From contig CBDEFM010000002.1 in assembly GCA_965237415.1 (NCBI GenBank), positions 2,400,001 to 2,464,000 of the forward strand: a DNA stretch of 64,000 nt. The letters are read 5' to 3'. Below the pieces are notes generated by a model. That model made no database searches. It was not told the origin of the DNA and saw only the letters and a program-made list of their open reading frames with translations. Shown here in pieces: positions 37,336-47,258 of this stretch (positions are counted from its first letter, which is position 1; every line of letters starts with the position of its first letter). This stretch comes from Alphaproteobacteria bacterium. GTDB taxonomy: Bacteria; Pseudomonadota; Alphaproteobacteria; UBA828. The position numbers and the translations under genes are program-made.

Positions 37336-38415
37336 CTATGCGACCTTCGGCAGAACCTCGTTCTTGAGCAGTGCCATGGATTCGTACCAGGCCTCGTAGG
37401 GATCCCAGTCGTGCCCCATGGCGAGCAGCGTTCCGAAGGGGCCGATCTCGCCCCGCAGGTCGTTCAGCTTCTGCGCGACCTCGTCGACGCTGCCGACGAT
37501 GAAGACGTTGTCCACGAGGTACTCGATGGTCACGTCGCTGTCGGGCATGTCCCGATCGTTCTTCAGCAGGGGGAGCATCCCGACCTTGGGCAGGAGGCGG
37601 AGGAAGTAGTCGCGGAAATCGCGGGCGAGGACCCCCTCGCACGCAAGCTTCCGGGCCTTGGCGCCGGTTTCCGCCACCACGACCTCACGGGCGACGCGCC
37701 ACACGCTGGCATCGGGGGTACGGCCCGCCTCGCGCGCTCCTTCCTCGATCGCGTCCCAGTGCGTCTTGAGCAGCACCGGGGGCACGAGGTTGATGGACAT
37801 GGGCATCCAGCCCTTGGCGGCGGCCATCTTCAGCGTGGACGAGCGGGGCGAGACGCCGGCGACACCGATCGGGGGATGCGGCTTCTGGTAGGGGCGAACG
37901 TGTGCTCTCAGCCCGATGTCTGTCTCGGTCTCGGGCACGGTGAAGCGAAAGCCGTCGCTCTCGTAGACGCCGGGCGCGGGGTCGGTCCAGAGCTTCAGGA
38001 TCGTGTCCAGCGCGGCCCGCGTGTAGCTCTGGTTGTTGATGGCGGGGTTGTCGCCCCAATAGCCGAAGACCTGCATGTCGCCGGGGAAGCTGCCGGTGCC
38101 GACACCCCAGTTGAAGCGGCCCTCCGCCATGTGGTCGAGCTGCGCGATCCGGTGGGCGAGAACGAAGGGATCGTGGTTCGGGATACAGCTCACGCCCGTG
38201 CCCAGCCTGATCTGCTTGGTGAGCGGGATCGCCTGCGCGATGAGCAGGTCCGGCGCGGGGATGTTCTCCCACTCCGACGTGAAGTGCTCGCCGATCCAGA
38301 CCTCGGCGTAACCGAGCTCGTCGAGCTTGACGATCTGATCCAGGTCCGCCTTGAGCGTCTCGGTGAAGTTCGCGCCCGGCGGGTGCAGCGGCATGGTGAA
38401 AAGACCGAGTTGCAT
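37336..38415 (-). CDS. LLM-class (luciferase-like) flavin-dependent monooxygenase
   Basis: MQLGLFTMP, WIGEHF, IRLGTGV, PYQKPHPPI. Confidence 0.9.
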   Translation of the reverse strand: MQLGLFTMPLHPPGANFTETLKADLDQIVKLDELGYAEVWIGEHFTSEWENIPAPDLLIAQAIPLTKQIRLGTGVSCIPNHDPFVLAHRIAQLDHMAEGRFNWGVGTGSFPGDMQVFGYWGDNPAINNQSYTRAALDTILKLWTDPAPGVYESDGFRFTVPETETDIGLRAHVRPYQKPHPPIGVAGVSPRSSTLKMAAAKGWMPMSINLVPPVLLKTHWDAIEEGAREAGRTPDASVWRVAREVVVAETGAKARKLACEGVLARDFRDYFLRLLPKVGMLPLLKNDRDMPDSDVTIEYLVDNVFIVGSVDEVAQKLNDLRGEIGPFGTLLAMGHDWDPYEAWYESMALLKNEVLPKVA

Positions 38416-38496
38416 AGAACCGTCTCCAGCCGTGTTCATCCACAGAATGCGCTCAGGATACCGGGGACGTCACGCCCTCGCGAATCCCGGCGCTGT

Positions 38497-39465
38497 CTAG
38501 CTCGGCGGCGGCGCGCCGGCCTTGGCGGCGATGGTGGCGCGGGCGACCTTGGCCTCGCGGTAGGCGAGGTAGAGGGTGCTCGCGAAGATGACGACGCCGC
38601 CGATCCAGACGTAGAGCACCGGGATTTCGTTGAACAGCAGGTAGCCGTAGAGCGACGACCATATCAGGCGGAGGAAATCGACCGGGAGCACGACCGTCGC
38701 GTCCGCCTCGCGGAAGGCCTGGGCCAGGCAAAGATGGCCGAGGGTGCCCACGCTCCCCATCAGCGCGAACCAGCCAAGGTCCTCCAGCGTCGGCCATTGC
38801 CAGACGAAGGCCGCCGCGATCGACGAAAGCGGTGTAAGGAAGACCGCCATGTAGGCGGTCATCGTCAGGCTCGATTCCGTGCGCGACAGCAGCTTGATGA
38901 GGATCAACGCCGCGGCCCAAACGGCCGAGGAGCCGAGCACCAGAAGCGAGCCGGGGTCGAGCGCCGCCATGCCGGGGCGGATGATCACGAGCGCGCCTGC
39001 GAAGCCCGCGATGAGCGCGACGATACGCCGGACGCGCACCGCCTCGCCGAGCAGGAGCACCGCACCCACAGTGACAAAGAGCGGCGCCGTGAAGCTCAGA
39101 GCGGCGACGGTGCCGAGTGGCGTGATCGGCACCGCCAAGAAAAACATCAGCATGGCCGCGATGTGGACCGCACCGCGTGCGGCATGGAGCGGAAGCTTGC
39201 GCGTGTGCAGCGCCCCGAAGCCGTGGCGCAGCAGGAACGGCGCGATGAAGACGAGGCCGAAGAGATTGCGGAAGAAAGCGACTTCGAAGGGGTGCTGCTC
39301 GCTCGATGCGATGCGGATCACGGCGTGCATCGACGCGAAGCCGATGGTGGCCCCCAGCAACAGCAGCATGCCGCGCGTCGGCGGCGGCAGGGCAAGGTAG
39401 GCGGCGAGCAGCGGCGCGAGCGGCCCGGCCCAGCGCGGCAGGCCGGCCGGCGGGGGGCTAGTCAC
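38497..39465 (-). CDS. DMT/EamA family transporter (GTG start lies in the MITE end)
   Basis: About 10 TM segments; FFRNLFG, LGEAV..RR, P.DF.RLIW. Confidence 0.88.
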   Translation of the reverse strand: MTSPPPAGLPRWAGPLAPLLAAYLALPPPTRGMLLLLGATIGFASMHAVIRIASSEQHPFEVAFFRNLFGLVFIAPFLLRHGFGALHTRKLPLHAARGAVHIAAMLMFFLAVPITPLGTVAALSFTAPLFVTVGAVLLLGEAVRVRRIVALIAGFAGALVIIRPGMAALDPGSLLVLGSSAVWAAALILIKLLSRTESSLTMTAYMAVFLTPLSSIAAAFVWQWPTLEDLGWFALMGSVGTLGHLCLAQAFREADATVVLPVDFLRLIWSSLYGYLLFNEIPVLYVWIGGVVIFASTLYLAYREAKVARATIAAKAGAPPPS

Positions 39466-39590
39466 CTGACACTGAAGTTGAGATCATTTTCAATTGGCAG
39501 TGTCGTCACACTAAGTCGCTCTATTGTCGAAGAATGTGGTCGTGCAATATAGTTGTCTTTATGTGGCGAACTTCAGATTCAGGTGACTAG
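39458..39590. mobile_element. MITE copy 2 (133 bp), opposite orientation
   Basis: Exact reverse complement of 676..808; CTAG at both ends. Confidence 0.92.
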
Positions 39591-39982
39591 GGACGCGGCT
39601 TCTCCTCGGTGGGGCCGCCGGCCTCCTTCCACGCACCGAAGCCGCCCGCGATGTGCGCGACCGGCGCAAACCCCATGTTCTGCGCCGCCTGTGTGGCCAG
39701 CGCCGAGCGCATGCCGCCTGCGCAGAAGAAAACGAACTTCTTGCCGCTCGCGAAGAAGGGCTTGTGATAGGGACTATCGGGGTCGATCCAGAATTCGATC
39801 ATGCCCCGCGGCACGTGGCGTGCGCCGGGGACGGCACCTTCCCGCCAAAGCTCCCGGATATCGCGGATATCGACGAGCTCGATGTCGGGGTCATCCATCA
39901 GCGCGATGGCCTCCTCGGCCGAGAGGGTTTCGATCTCGGCCTCGGCCTCGGCCACCAGCTGCTCGATTCCCTTGGTGATCAT
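39587..39982 (-). CDS. Rhodanese-like domain protein
   Basis: VDIRD, PRGMIEF, FFCAGGMRSAL, GGFGAW. Confidence 0.9.
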   Translation of the reverse strand: MITKGIEQLVAEAEAEIETLSAEEAIALMDDPDIELVDIRDIRELWREGAVPGARHVPRGMIEFWIDPDSPYHKPFFASGKKFVFFCAGGMRSALATQAAQNMGFAPVAHIAGGFGAWKEAGGPTEEKPRP

Positions 39983-40066
39983 GGCTCCTCCTTGCCGCGC
40001 ACTGGAGCGCCGCGATGATGGCCGATCCTTGGCGTTGCCGACAGCGGCCGGCGCACTCGGGCCGCG

Positions 40067-41029
40067 CTACGCTGGGTCTGACGGCTTCGCCGGCGCCTCA
40101 AGCGCCGCCAGCAGGGCGAGCAAACGCGCATCGCGGTCTGCCGCGAGCGACGGAATCGACTGGCCCTCCAGCATCTCGTCCACCGCGCGGCTCATGGTCT
40201 CGATCGCGTCTGAATCGAGGCGGGGCGTGCCGAAATCGGCCCACCAGCTTTCCAGGGCGGGTCCGAAATGGTTGAGTGCCCCGCGCACGCCGCCCTCGCC
40301 GCCGGCAAGATGCATGGTGCGGAACGGCCCCATGAAGGCCCAGCGGAGCCCAGGACCGTGGGAGACTGCCGCGTCGATGTCGGCGGCGCTCGCCGTGCCC
40401 GAAAGCAGCAGATGAAAGGCTTCCCGCAGGAGCGCCGCCTGCAACCGGTTGGCGATATGGCCCGGCACCTCGCGCTCGACCTTGATCGCCCGCTTGCCGT
40501 GGGCGTTGTAGAAGGCGAGCGTCCACTCGACCGCCTCCGGATCGGTGCCGCTACCGCCCACCACCTCGACCAGGGGAACGAGATGGGGCGGGTTGAAGGG
40601 ATGGCCCACGACGAAGCGCGCACCGTTGCGAAAGCCTTCCTGCAGCGAGCTGATCAGGAGCCCCGACGAGCTCGAGGCGACCACCGCGTCCGCCGTCAGT
40701 ACGGGATCGATACGACCGTAGAGCGCGCGCTTGAGCGCCTGGTCCTCCGGCGCGTTCTCCTGAACGAAGACCGCGCCTTCGACCGCTTCCTCCGGCTCGT
40801 CCACCACGCGCACTCGTGCAGGGTCGGCGCCCGGGCTGAGGCCGAGCCGCTCCATCGCGGGCCAGGCAGCGTCGACGAAGGCGCGGAGGCGCCCGGCGGT
40901 ATCGGGTGCCGGGTCCCATGCGGTGACCGAGAAGCCGCGTGCCATGAAATAGGTCGCCCAGCTGGCTCCGATCGTGCCGGTGCCGAGCAGCGCGATTTCG
41001 CCGACCTCCGCAGGTGCAGGCCGTGCCAT
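40067..41029 (-). CDS. 3-hydroxyacyl-CoA dehydrogenase NAD-binding family (carnitine dehydrogenase-like)
   Basis: [35 protein letters not shown]. Confidence 0.88.
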   Translation of the reverse strand: MARPAPAEVGEIALLGTGTIGASWATYFMARGFSVTAWDPAPDTAGRLRAFVDAAWPAMERLGLSPGADPARVRVVDEPEEAVEGAVFVQENAPEDQALKRALYGRIDPVLTADAVVASSSSGLLISSLQEGFRNGARFVVGHPFNPPHLVPLVEVVGGSGTDPEAVEWTLAFYNAHGKRAIKVEREVPGHIANRLQAALLREAFHLLLSGTASAADIDAAVSHGPGLRWAFMGPFRTMHLAGGEGGVRGALNHFGPALESWWADFGTPRLDSDAIETMSRAVDEMLEGQSIPSLAADRDARLLALLAALEAPAKPSDPA

Positions 41030-41177
41030 GAGAGCCTCCTTCGCTTGCCGGCGAACCGCCTATGGGGCGGCTCTGTCGATTTTGCCGCCTGGCCGCGCCG
41101 CCCGGCGCTATATATACCGCGAGCGCCCGGCAATCGAGGGACCGGGGCAGGGCGGCGTGCTGCCGAAGGAGGACATC

Positions 41178-41597
41178 ATGGTGGAAAAGGTGGTGAAGTC
41201 GGACGCGGGATGGCGCGCGGCGCTGACCGAAGAGCAGTACCACGTGACCCGGATGAAGGGCACCGAGCGGGCCTTCACGGGCGCTTATTGCAGCGAGAAG
41301 GCGCCGGGCGAATACGCCTGCGTCTGCTGCGGCGCCCTTCTCTTCAACTCCGGCGATAAATTCGAGTCCGGAACCGGATGGCCGAGCTTCGCCAGGCCGA
41401 TCGATGAGGCCAACGTCGGCACGGTGGAGGACACAAGCTACGGCATGCGCCGGATCGAGGTCGTGTGCATCCGCTGCGACGCCCATCTCGGCCACGTCTT
41501 CCCGGACGGACCGGCGCCCACGGGATTGCGCTATTGCATGAATTCGGCCGCGCTCGTGCTGACGCCCAGCGATGAAGGTGGGTCGGAAGGCGCCTAA
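41178..41597 (+). CDS. msrB: Peptide-methionine (R)-S-oxide reductase
   Basis: [31 protein letters not shown]. Confidence 0.95.
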   Translation: MVEKVVKSDAGWRAALTEEQYHVTRMKGTERAFTGAYCSEKAPGEYACVCCGALLFNSGDKFESGTGWPSFARPIDEANVGTVEDTSYGMRRIEVVCIRCDAHLGHVFPDGPAPTGLRYCMNSAALVLTPSDEGGSEGA

Positions 41598-41645
41598 CCG
41601 AGAATTTTGCCGCGGTCACGCTTTGCAGCTCGGGGGAGACGGGCC

Positions 41646-42572
41646 TCACTCGTCTCGAGACGACGTCACCTCCCGTACGATGTCCCTGAAGAGGCCGAAT
41701 GGCGACAGGTCGTCGGCGGACCGCCGCGAGATCATCCCCGCGCGGTAGCGGTATGAGCCGAACGCTACCGGCAGAGGTTTCAGAGGTTGTCCGGGGAGCC
41801 TGTCGAGGAAGGTCAGCGAGAGCCATGACAGGTAAGAGCCTGCTCCCATCAGGAACAAACCGCCGCACCCGGCACGGGTGACGGTTTTCACCCGCTTGCT
41901 CGTCCTGTCGTAGAGCTGGTCGAGAACCCCGGTCAACCCCGGCCGCCCGTTGGCGGTGTAAGTCCGCAAGGGCGCGTCGAAGTCAATCCACGGGTAGTCG
42001 GCGAGCGCCCCTTCGTTCAGCGTACCCGAATGGAGCGGATGGTTCTTGTGGGCGACGATTCCCCACGTCATGTCGAGGAAGCGTTCGCTCCTCAGGAACT
42101 GTGGCAGGGGTTCGTTGCCGCTGATCCCACCGCAGTGGAGGTCGCTGTCGCCGTTCGCCAAGAGGCGGATCCCCTCCGACAAGGGGGTGGTTTTCAGTTT
42201 GAGCTCTACCCCGGGGCAGGTCTCGTGGAACCTGGCGATGACATCGGGGAGAACGGCCCCCATCCACACAGGCCCGGCCGTGACCCGCAGACTGCCAGTG
42301 CGGCCGGAGAGCGTCGCACTGATTTTCTCTTCGGCAACTTCGATTTCATAGAGGATGTGGCGTGCCAGATCGGCGACCACGGCGCCGAGCGGCGTGAGCC
42401 GGACACCCGTGGACATGCGGTCGAACAGCCGGCCACCGAATTGGCGCTCGAGCCTTGCGACAACCCGCGAGAGGGCAGGCTGCGTGATGCCGAGCTTGTC
42501 GGCCGCAGACAGAATCGCGCCTGCTTCCGCGACGGCGAGGAATTTAGTCAGGTCCTTGCGTTTTTCAAACAT
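41646..42572 (-). CDS. LysR family transcriptional regulator
   Basis: AADKLGITQPALSR...LE...G.RLFDR helix-turn-helix. Confidence 0.92.
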   Translation of the reverse strand: MFEKRKDLTKFLAVAEAGAILSAADKLGITQPALSRVVARLERQFGGRLFDRMSTGVRLTPLGAVVADLARHILYEIEVAEEKISATLSGRTGSLRVTAGPVWMGAVLPDVIARFHETCPGVELKLKTTPLSEGIRLLANGDSDLHCGGISGNEPLPQFLRSERFLDMTWGIVAHKNHPLHSGTLNEGALADYPWIDFDAPLRTYTANGRPGLTGVLDQLYDRTSKRVKTVTRAGCGGLFLMGAGSYLSWLSLTFLDRLPGQPLKPLPVAFGSYRYRAGMISRRSADDLSPFGLFRDIVREVTSSRDE

Positions 42573-43241
42573 CTTGCGTCCACATCCTTCGGGAATTAAC
42601 TCCATGTCCCTCACATGTGGATGTGGCAAGCATGGTGAATGGCGTCTAACAACGAATTCTGATTCAGCCGATAGGATATACTTATCCGAGATCGGCACGG
42701 GGCGCGAGACAGCTCCGGTGAGGCCGACAGCGCGACTCGTGATCTCTCAAAGTTGTGATGCAGCGCCCAACGGTCGCCCGGTTGACCATTCGACACTCGA
42801 AACTGACGTATCGGCTCTTCCGAAATACCGGTAACTCGTTGTCTTTACTGAAATACCTCAATGCGGCGGTGACGCACGAAGGGCCGGCGCCAGCCACCGG
42901 CCACGAGGTTCATTGATCGAAGCCCAAGGTTCAGCCCCGCCTAAGGCTACTTCGCTCACTTAGACGGTGTTAGTCCTTTTTTGGCCCGGAGCGAGCGTTC
43001 TGTACAAGCGTCCCACACCGCATTATGCCGTTTTGGCATTTATTTTCTCTGGACAGTTATTCTTTGTGTCGATCGTTCTCAGCTTGGCGAGTCGGATGGG
43101 ACAGACTTGGTATCTGCGGGATCGTTGAATTGACGCGCAATCTCGACGAGTTGGTGGGAACGATGGGTCTTGCGCGAATACCGCCGTTTGCCCGCTGTGT
43201 CGCGGCGCGACGCCTTGGCGAAGACCCGTCATCGTAGTCGC

Positions 43242-43281
43242 GTGTCGCGCAACGGTCATATGGGTGCCAACGAGCCGTAAC
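43242..43281 (+). promoter_or_regulatory. Degenerate Pho-box array upstream of phoX
   Basis: Four 7-mers at exact 11-bp period (GTGTCGC, CGGTCAT, GTGCCAA, CCGTAAC) resembling CTGTCAT. Confidence 0.35.
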
Positions 43282-43370
43282 CGGCCATGGTTATCACCGG
43301 CCACGCCTGTAGCGCCGGGGTGGCGGCGCAGGCTCCGGTGCTAAGCTTTATTCGACCACGGGAGATGGAC

Positions 43371-45278
43371 ATGCGAGATCACGCGGTGGCCGCACGCGAT
43401 GCGGTCTCACGGGGCGACGCCGGCGACATGAACGACTGGCGCACCTCACCCACCGATTTCGAGCGGCTGGCCGCGCGGGCGATCTCGCGGCGCGGATTCC
43501 TTTGCGGCACCGCGGCCTGCGGCGCGACCGCGTTTGTGCTGAGTGCCGGCGGATTGGCGGCGCAGCCCGCGCGCGCTGCGGTGGCGGGCCTCGATTTCAC
43601 GCCCGTCGCCGCCAACGGCCTCGACACGGTTACCGTACCCGACGGCTACAGCTGGCATGTGGTGGCCCGCTGGGGCGATCCGCTCTGGTCGACAGGCGCC
43701 GCCTTCGACCATGCGAGCCGCGGCACCGGCGAAAGCCAGGAGGCCGCCTGCGGCGACAACAACGACGGCATGGCGCTCTACACCGACGGCGACAAGAACG
43801 TCCTCGCCGTGAACAACGAGTACGTGAACCTCGACATCATGTTCGCCAACCGGGAGTCGGGGAAACCCGAGACCGCCGACGACGTGCGCAAGTGCAAGGC
43901 GGGCCACGGCGTCTCCGTCATCGAGATCGCGCAGCAGGACGGCGCCTGGCGGATCGTCCAGGATTCGCCTTACAACCGCCGCGTCACCCCCAACACGCCG
44001 ATGGAGATCACCGGGCCCGCGCGCGGGCACGACCTCGTGAAGACCGCCGCCGACCCCGCCGGCACGACCGCGCTCGGCACCTGGAACAACTGCGGCAACG
44101 GGCGCACGCCCTGGGGCACCTATCTGGCCTGCGAGGAGAATTTCAACGGCTACTTCTCGTCGAGCGATCCCGACTTCGCGCTGCCCGCAGGCTACGAGCG
44201 TTACGGCATCAAGGCGGAGGACCGCGGCTACGGCTGGGCGATGACGGACGAGCGCTTCGATGTTTCCAAGCATCCCAACGAGCCCAACCGCGCGGGCTAC
44301 GTGGTGGAGATCGACCCGCTGGATCCCGCGTCCATGCCCAAGAAGCGCACGGCGCTCGGCCGTTTCAAGCACGAAAACGCGGAGGTGACGCTCGCCGCCG
44401 ACGGCCGCGTCGTGGTCTATCTGGGCGATGACGAGCGGGGCGAGTTCCTTTACCGCTTCGTGAGCGACGGCGTCTATGCCGAGGGCGGCGACAATCGCGA
44501 CCTGCTGGAGAGCGGCACGCTCTCCGTCGCCAGGTTCGCGGACGATGGCACAGGCGAGTGGGCCGCGCTCACGCCTGAGTCCACCGGCATGGCGTCCCAG
44601 GCTGAGATCTGCATTCACACCCGCCAGGCTGCCTCGGCGGTGGGCGCAACGACCATGGACCGGCCCGAATGGGTGGCGGCCAACCCGAACAAGGCCGAGG
44701 CCTACTGCTGCCTCACCAACAACAAGAACCGCGGCGTGAAGCCCAATGCGGGCGGCGACTTGACACCGGTGGGCGGACCCAACCCGAGGGAGAAGAACAA
44801 GTACGGCCAGATCGTGCGCTGGATGCCCGATGGCGGCGACCATGCGTCCACCGCGTTCGCCTGGGACCTCTACGTCATCGCCGGCAATCCGACGATCCAC
44901 GGCGACGCGCGCGCCGGCTCCGCCAACGTGAATGCCGACAACATGTTCAACTCGCCGGATGGCATCGCCTTCGACAGCCAGGGCCGCCTCTGGATCCAGA
45001 CCGACGGCAAGTACTCCAACGAGGGCGACTTCGCCGGCCTGGGCAACAACATGATGCTGGTGGGCGACCCCGCCACCGGCGAGATTCGCCGCTTCCTCGT
45101 TGGCCCGCGCGAGTGCGAGGTCACCGGGATCGCCTGGAGCGCCGACCGCAAGACCATGTTTATCGGCATCCAGCATCCCGGCGAAAAGGGCGACAGCCAC
45201 TTTCCCGAAGGCGGCGAGGCCACGCCCCGCTCCGCCGTGGTCGCGATCACCCGTGACGACGGCGGTGTGATCGGCTGA
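43371..45278 (+). CDS. phoX: PhoX family alkaline phosphatase (Tat-exported)
   Basis: SRRGFL, NNDGM, NCGNGRTPWGTYLACEEN, GRFKHE, MDRPE, IQHPGE. Confidence 0.93.
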   Translation: MRDHAVAARDAVSRGDAGDMNDWRTSPTDFERLAARAISRRGFLCGTAACGATAFVLSAGGLAAQPARAAVAGLDFTPVAANGLDTVTVPDGYSWHVVARWGDPLWSTGAAFDHASRGTGESQEAACGDNNDGMALYTDGDKNVLAVNNEYVNLDIMFANRESGKPETADDVRKCKAGHGVSVIEIAQQDGAWRIVQDSPYNRRVTPNTPMEITGPARGHDLVKTAADPAGTTALGTWNNCGNGRTPWGTYLACEENFNGYFSSSDPDFALPAGYERYGIKAEDRGYGWAMTDERFDVSKHPNEPNRAGYVVEIDPLDPASMPKKRTALGRFKHENAEVTLAADGRVVVYLGDDERGEFLYRFVSDGVYAEGGDNRDLLESGTLSVARFADDGTGEWAALTPESTGMASQAEICIHTRQAASAVGATTMDRPEWVAANPNKAEAYCCLTNNKNRGVKPNAGGDLTPVGGPNPREKNKYGQIVRWMPDGGDHASTAFAWDLYVIAGNPTIHGDARAGSANVNADNMFNSPDGIAFDSQGRLWIQTDGKYSNEGDFAGLGNNMMLVGDPATGEIRRFLVGPRECEVTGIAWSADRKTMFIGIQHPGEKGDSHFPEGGEATPRSAVVAITRDDGGVIG

Positions 45279-45297
45279 GTATTCGCTGAGACATTTC

Positions 45298-45328
45298 GGA
45301 GCCGCTCCTCACGGGGCGGCTCCCTTTC
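45298..45328 (+). terminator. Rho-independent terminator after phoX
   Basis: GGAGCCGCTCC-TCAC-GGGGCGGCTCC followed by CTTT. Confidence 0.65.
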
Positions 45329-45544
45329 GACGCCCCTAATCGCCCCGAGCGCCCGCGCCCGCGCTGCGGTCCTCGCCGGCGCGATCTATATGATATTCTT
45401 ATGAATATAGAAAATAAACGGTATTGGAAGTTATATTCTCAGATCGATAGGCTGCCCCGATACGGCATAGCGCTGACTGACGGTCAACCGACTCCCTCAG
45501 CCGGCGGCCGGTTCAGAAGGGTAACGACTTGTGAGTAGGAGACG

Positions 45545-45739
45545 ATGATGAGCGCCAAGAAAGAGATCGCAATCCGAGAGACCGAACAACGTCCGAATAG
45601 CGGGAACAAGACAATCTGGCTGCGCCATGGGGCCTTCATCGCGCTCGTCGCGGCCCTCGTGGCCGTCACCACGACCGTCCTGATTATCGGCGGAACGGAG
45701 CCGGCGAACGCCTGCTTCCTGGTCATTCCATACTGGTAG
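45545..45739 (+). CDS. Small signal-peptide-like protein (64 aa)
   Basis: AGGAG RBS; one hydrophobic helix followed by PANA-CFLVIPYW-stop. Confidence 0.5.
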   Translation: MMSAKKEIAIRETEQRPNSGNKTIWLRHGAFIALVAALVAVTTTVLIIGGTEPANACFLVIPYW

Positions 45740-45867
45740 GAGCTGAGCTTGGTTGATTCTGCTGATGCGCTTGGCCCAGTGGGGAGGTGGTCATGCCCAC
45801 GGCCTCGGCCAGTCGCGGTTGACCGTCGCCAGCAAGGCGGTAGTATCGGCGCACCGGTCTTGCAGGT

Positions 45868-46070
45868 GAACCCCGAGGGAGAGTCCGTGCGGCCCAGCCG
45901 TGCGGCGCCGAAGGAGCAAGCGTCCCGGAAACTCTCAGGCATCAGGGACCGCGGGGGGATGCAACTCTGGAAAGCAGGCGGCGGACGCCACGCCGCCTCA
46001 CCGACGGGGTAAGCCGGCGGCGGGCCATCGGCCGCACGGTTAATCTCTCAGGTTCCGAGACAGAGGGGGC
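45868..46070 (+). ncRNA. Tandem glycine riboswitch
   Basis: Aptamer 1: GGAGAG..CGCCGAAGGAGCAA..AAACTCTCAGG. Aptamer 2: CTCTGGAAAG..CACCGACGGGGTAA..AATCTCTCAGG..GACAGAG. Directly upstream of gcvT. Confidence 0.95.
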
Positions 46071-46126
46071 ACCGGACGATCCCACGCGGGATCGTTGCCC
46101 CGTGTCTGTGTGAGCCTGGAGATGCC

Positions 46127-47245
46127 ATGAGCGACGACACCGGTACCGACGCCCTCGCCCGGACTCCGATCTTCGACGAACACCGCGCGCTCGGCGCCAC
46201 GCTGGTGGGCTTCGCCGGCTATGCCATGCCGGTGCGCTACGCCGCCGGAATCATGGCGGAGCACACGCATACGCGCAGCGCCGCCGGCCTCTTCGACGTC
46301 TCCCACATGGGTCAGCTGCGGCTCACCGGCCCCGACGCCGACGCCGCTCTGGAGCGCCTCGTGCCCGGGGATATCGCGGGCCTCGCGCCCATGGCCATGC
46401 GCTACACGCAGTTCACCGACGGCGGCGGCGGCATCCTCGACGACTTGATCGTGACCCGCACCGCGGACGGTCTCCTCCTGGTCGTCAACGCGGGTTGCAA
46501 GGATGCCGACATCGCTCACCTGAACGAGAGGCTCCACGGGAACGTGGTCCTCGAGGTGCTCGCTGAGCGGGCGCTCATCGCTCTGCAGGGGCCGCAGGCG
46601 GCGGCGGTGCTCGAGCGCCATGCGCCGGGATGCGCGGGGCTCTCCTTCATGACCGCAGGCCGGTTCGCCATCGGCGCCGTAGACACGCTGATTTCGCGCT
46701 CTGGCTACACCGGCGAGGATGGCTTCGAGATATCGGTATCCGCAGACGAGGCAGCGGCGCTCTGGCGGCGTCTTAGCGCCGAGCCCGAGGTCGAGCCTGT
46801 AGGGCTCGGCGCCCGCGATTCGCTTCGCCTGGAGGCGGGGCTCTGCCTCTACGGCCACGACATCGACGAGAGCACCTCGCCGGTGGAGGCCGGGCTTGCG
46901 TGGTCCATCGGCAAGCGGCGCCGGCAGGAGGGCGGCTTCCCCGGTGTGTCACGCATTCAGCGAGAGCTGGCCGAGGGGCCCCGGCGCCGGCGCGTCGGCA
47001 TCCTGCCTGATGGCCGGGCGCCGGCGCGCGAAGGCACGTCCGTGTTGGACGCAGACGGCGCCGCCATCGGCACCGTCACCAGCGGCGGCTTCGGGCCGAC
47101 CGCCGGCGGGCCGGTGGCCATGGGCTACGTCGCGGCCGAGGCCGCCGAGACCGGCAGGCCGGTGTCGCTGCTGGTGCGGGGCAAGCCCCGGCCGGCGACC
47201 ATCGTCAAGCTGCCGTTCGTCCCCCACACCTATCACCGAGGATGA
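46127..47245 (+). CDS. gcvT: Glycine cleavage system T protein
   Basis: GLFDVSHMGQ, RSGYTGEDGFEI, GLGARDSLRLEAG. Confidence 0.96.
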   Translation: MSDDTGTDALARTPIFDEHRALGATLVGFAGYAMPVRYAAGIMAEHTHTRSAAGLFDVSHMGQLRLTGPDADAALERLVPGDIAGLAPMAMRYTQFTDGGGGILDDLIVTRTADGLLLVVNAGCKDADIAHLNERLHGNVVLEVLAERALIALQGPQAAAVLERHAPGCAGLSFMTAGRFAIGAVDTLISRSGYTGEDGFEISVSADEAAALWRRLSAEPEVEPVGLGARDSLRLEAGLCLYGHDIDESTSPVEAGLAWSIGKRRRQEGGFPGVSRIQRELAEGPRRRRVGILPDGRAPAREGTSVLDADGAAIGTVTSGGFGPTAGGPVAMGYVAAEAAETGRPVSLLVRGKPRPATIVKLPFVPHTYHRG

Positions 47246-47258
47246 GCCGGAGGATGCC

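Larger units (their letters stand above)
35647..37338. repeat. Intergenic repeat element copy B (about 390 bp net), TA-bounded with imperfect TIRs, interrupted by the cassette at 35662..36952
   Basis: Reconstructed left end TAGCCCGAAATTCTAACCTGG versus right end CCTGGCGAGATTTCCGGGCTA; interior homologous to copy A. Confidence 0.75.

Noticed and set aside
37279-39552. 757-aa plus-strand ORF and similar long ORFs (5987..8296, 9221..11347, 28321..29976, 31958..33490, 43446..45200)
   Set aside because: Antisense or off-frame shadows of well-supported genes in high-GC DNA; no recognisable motifs.
41592-41620. GCCTAAC as an integron attC inverse core
   Set aside because: No matching GTTRRRY with attC hairpin, no cassette array and no integrase in the window.
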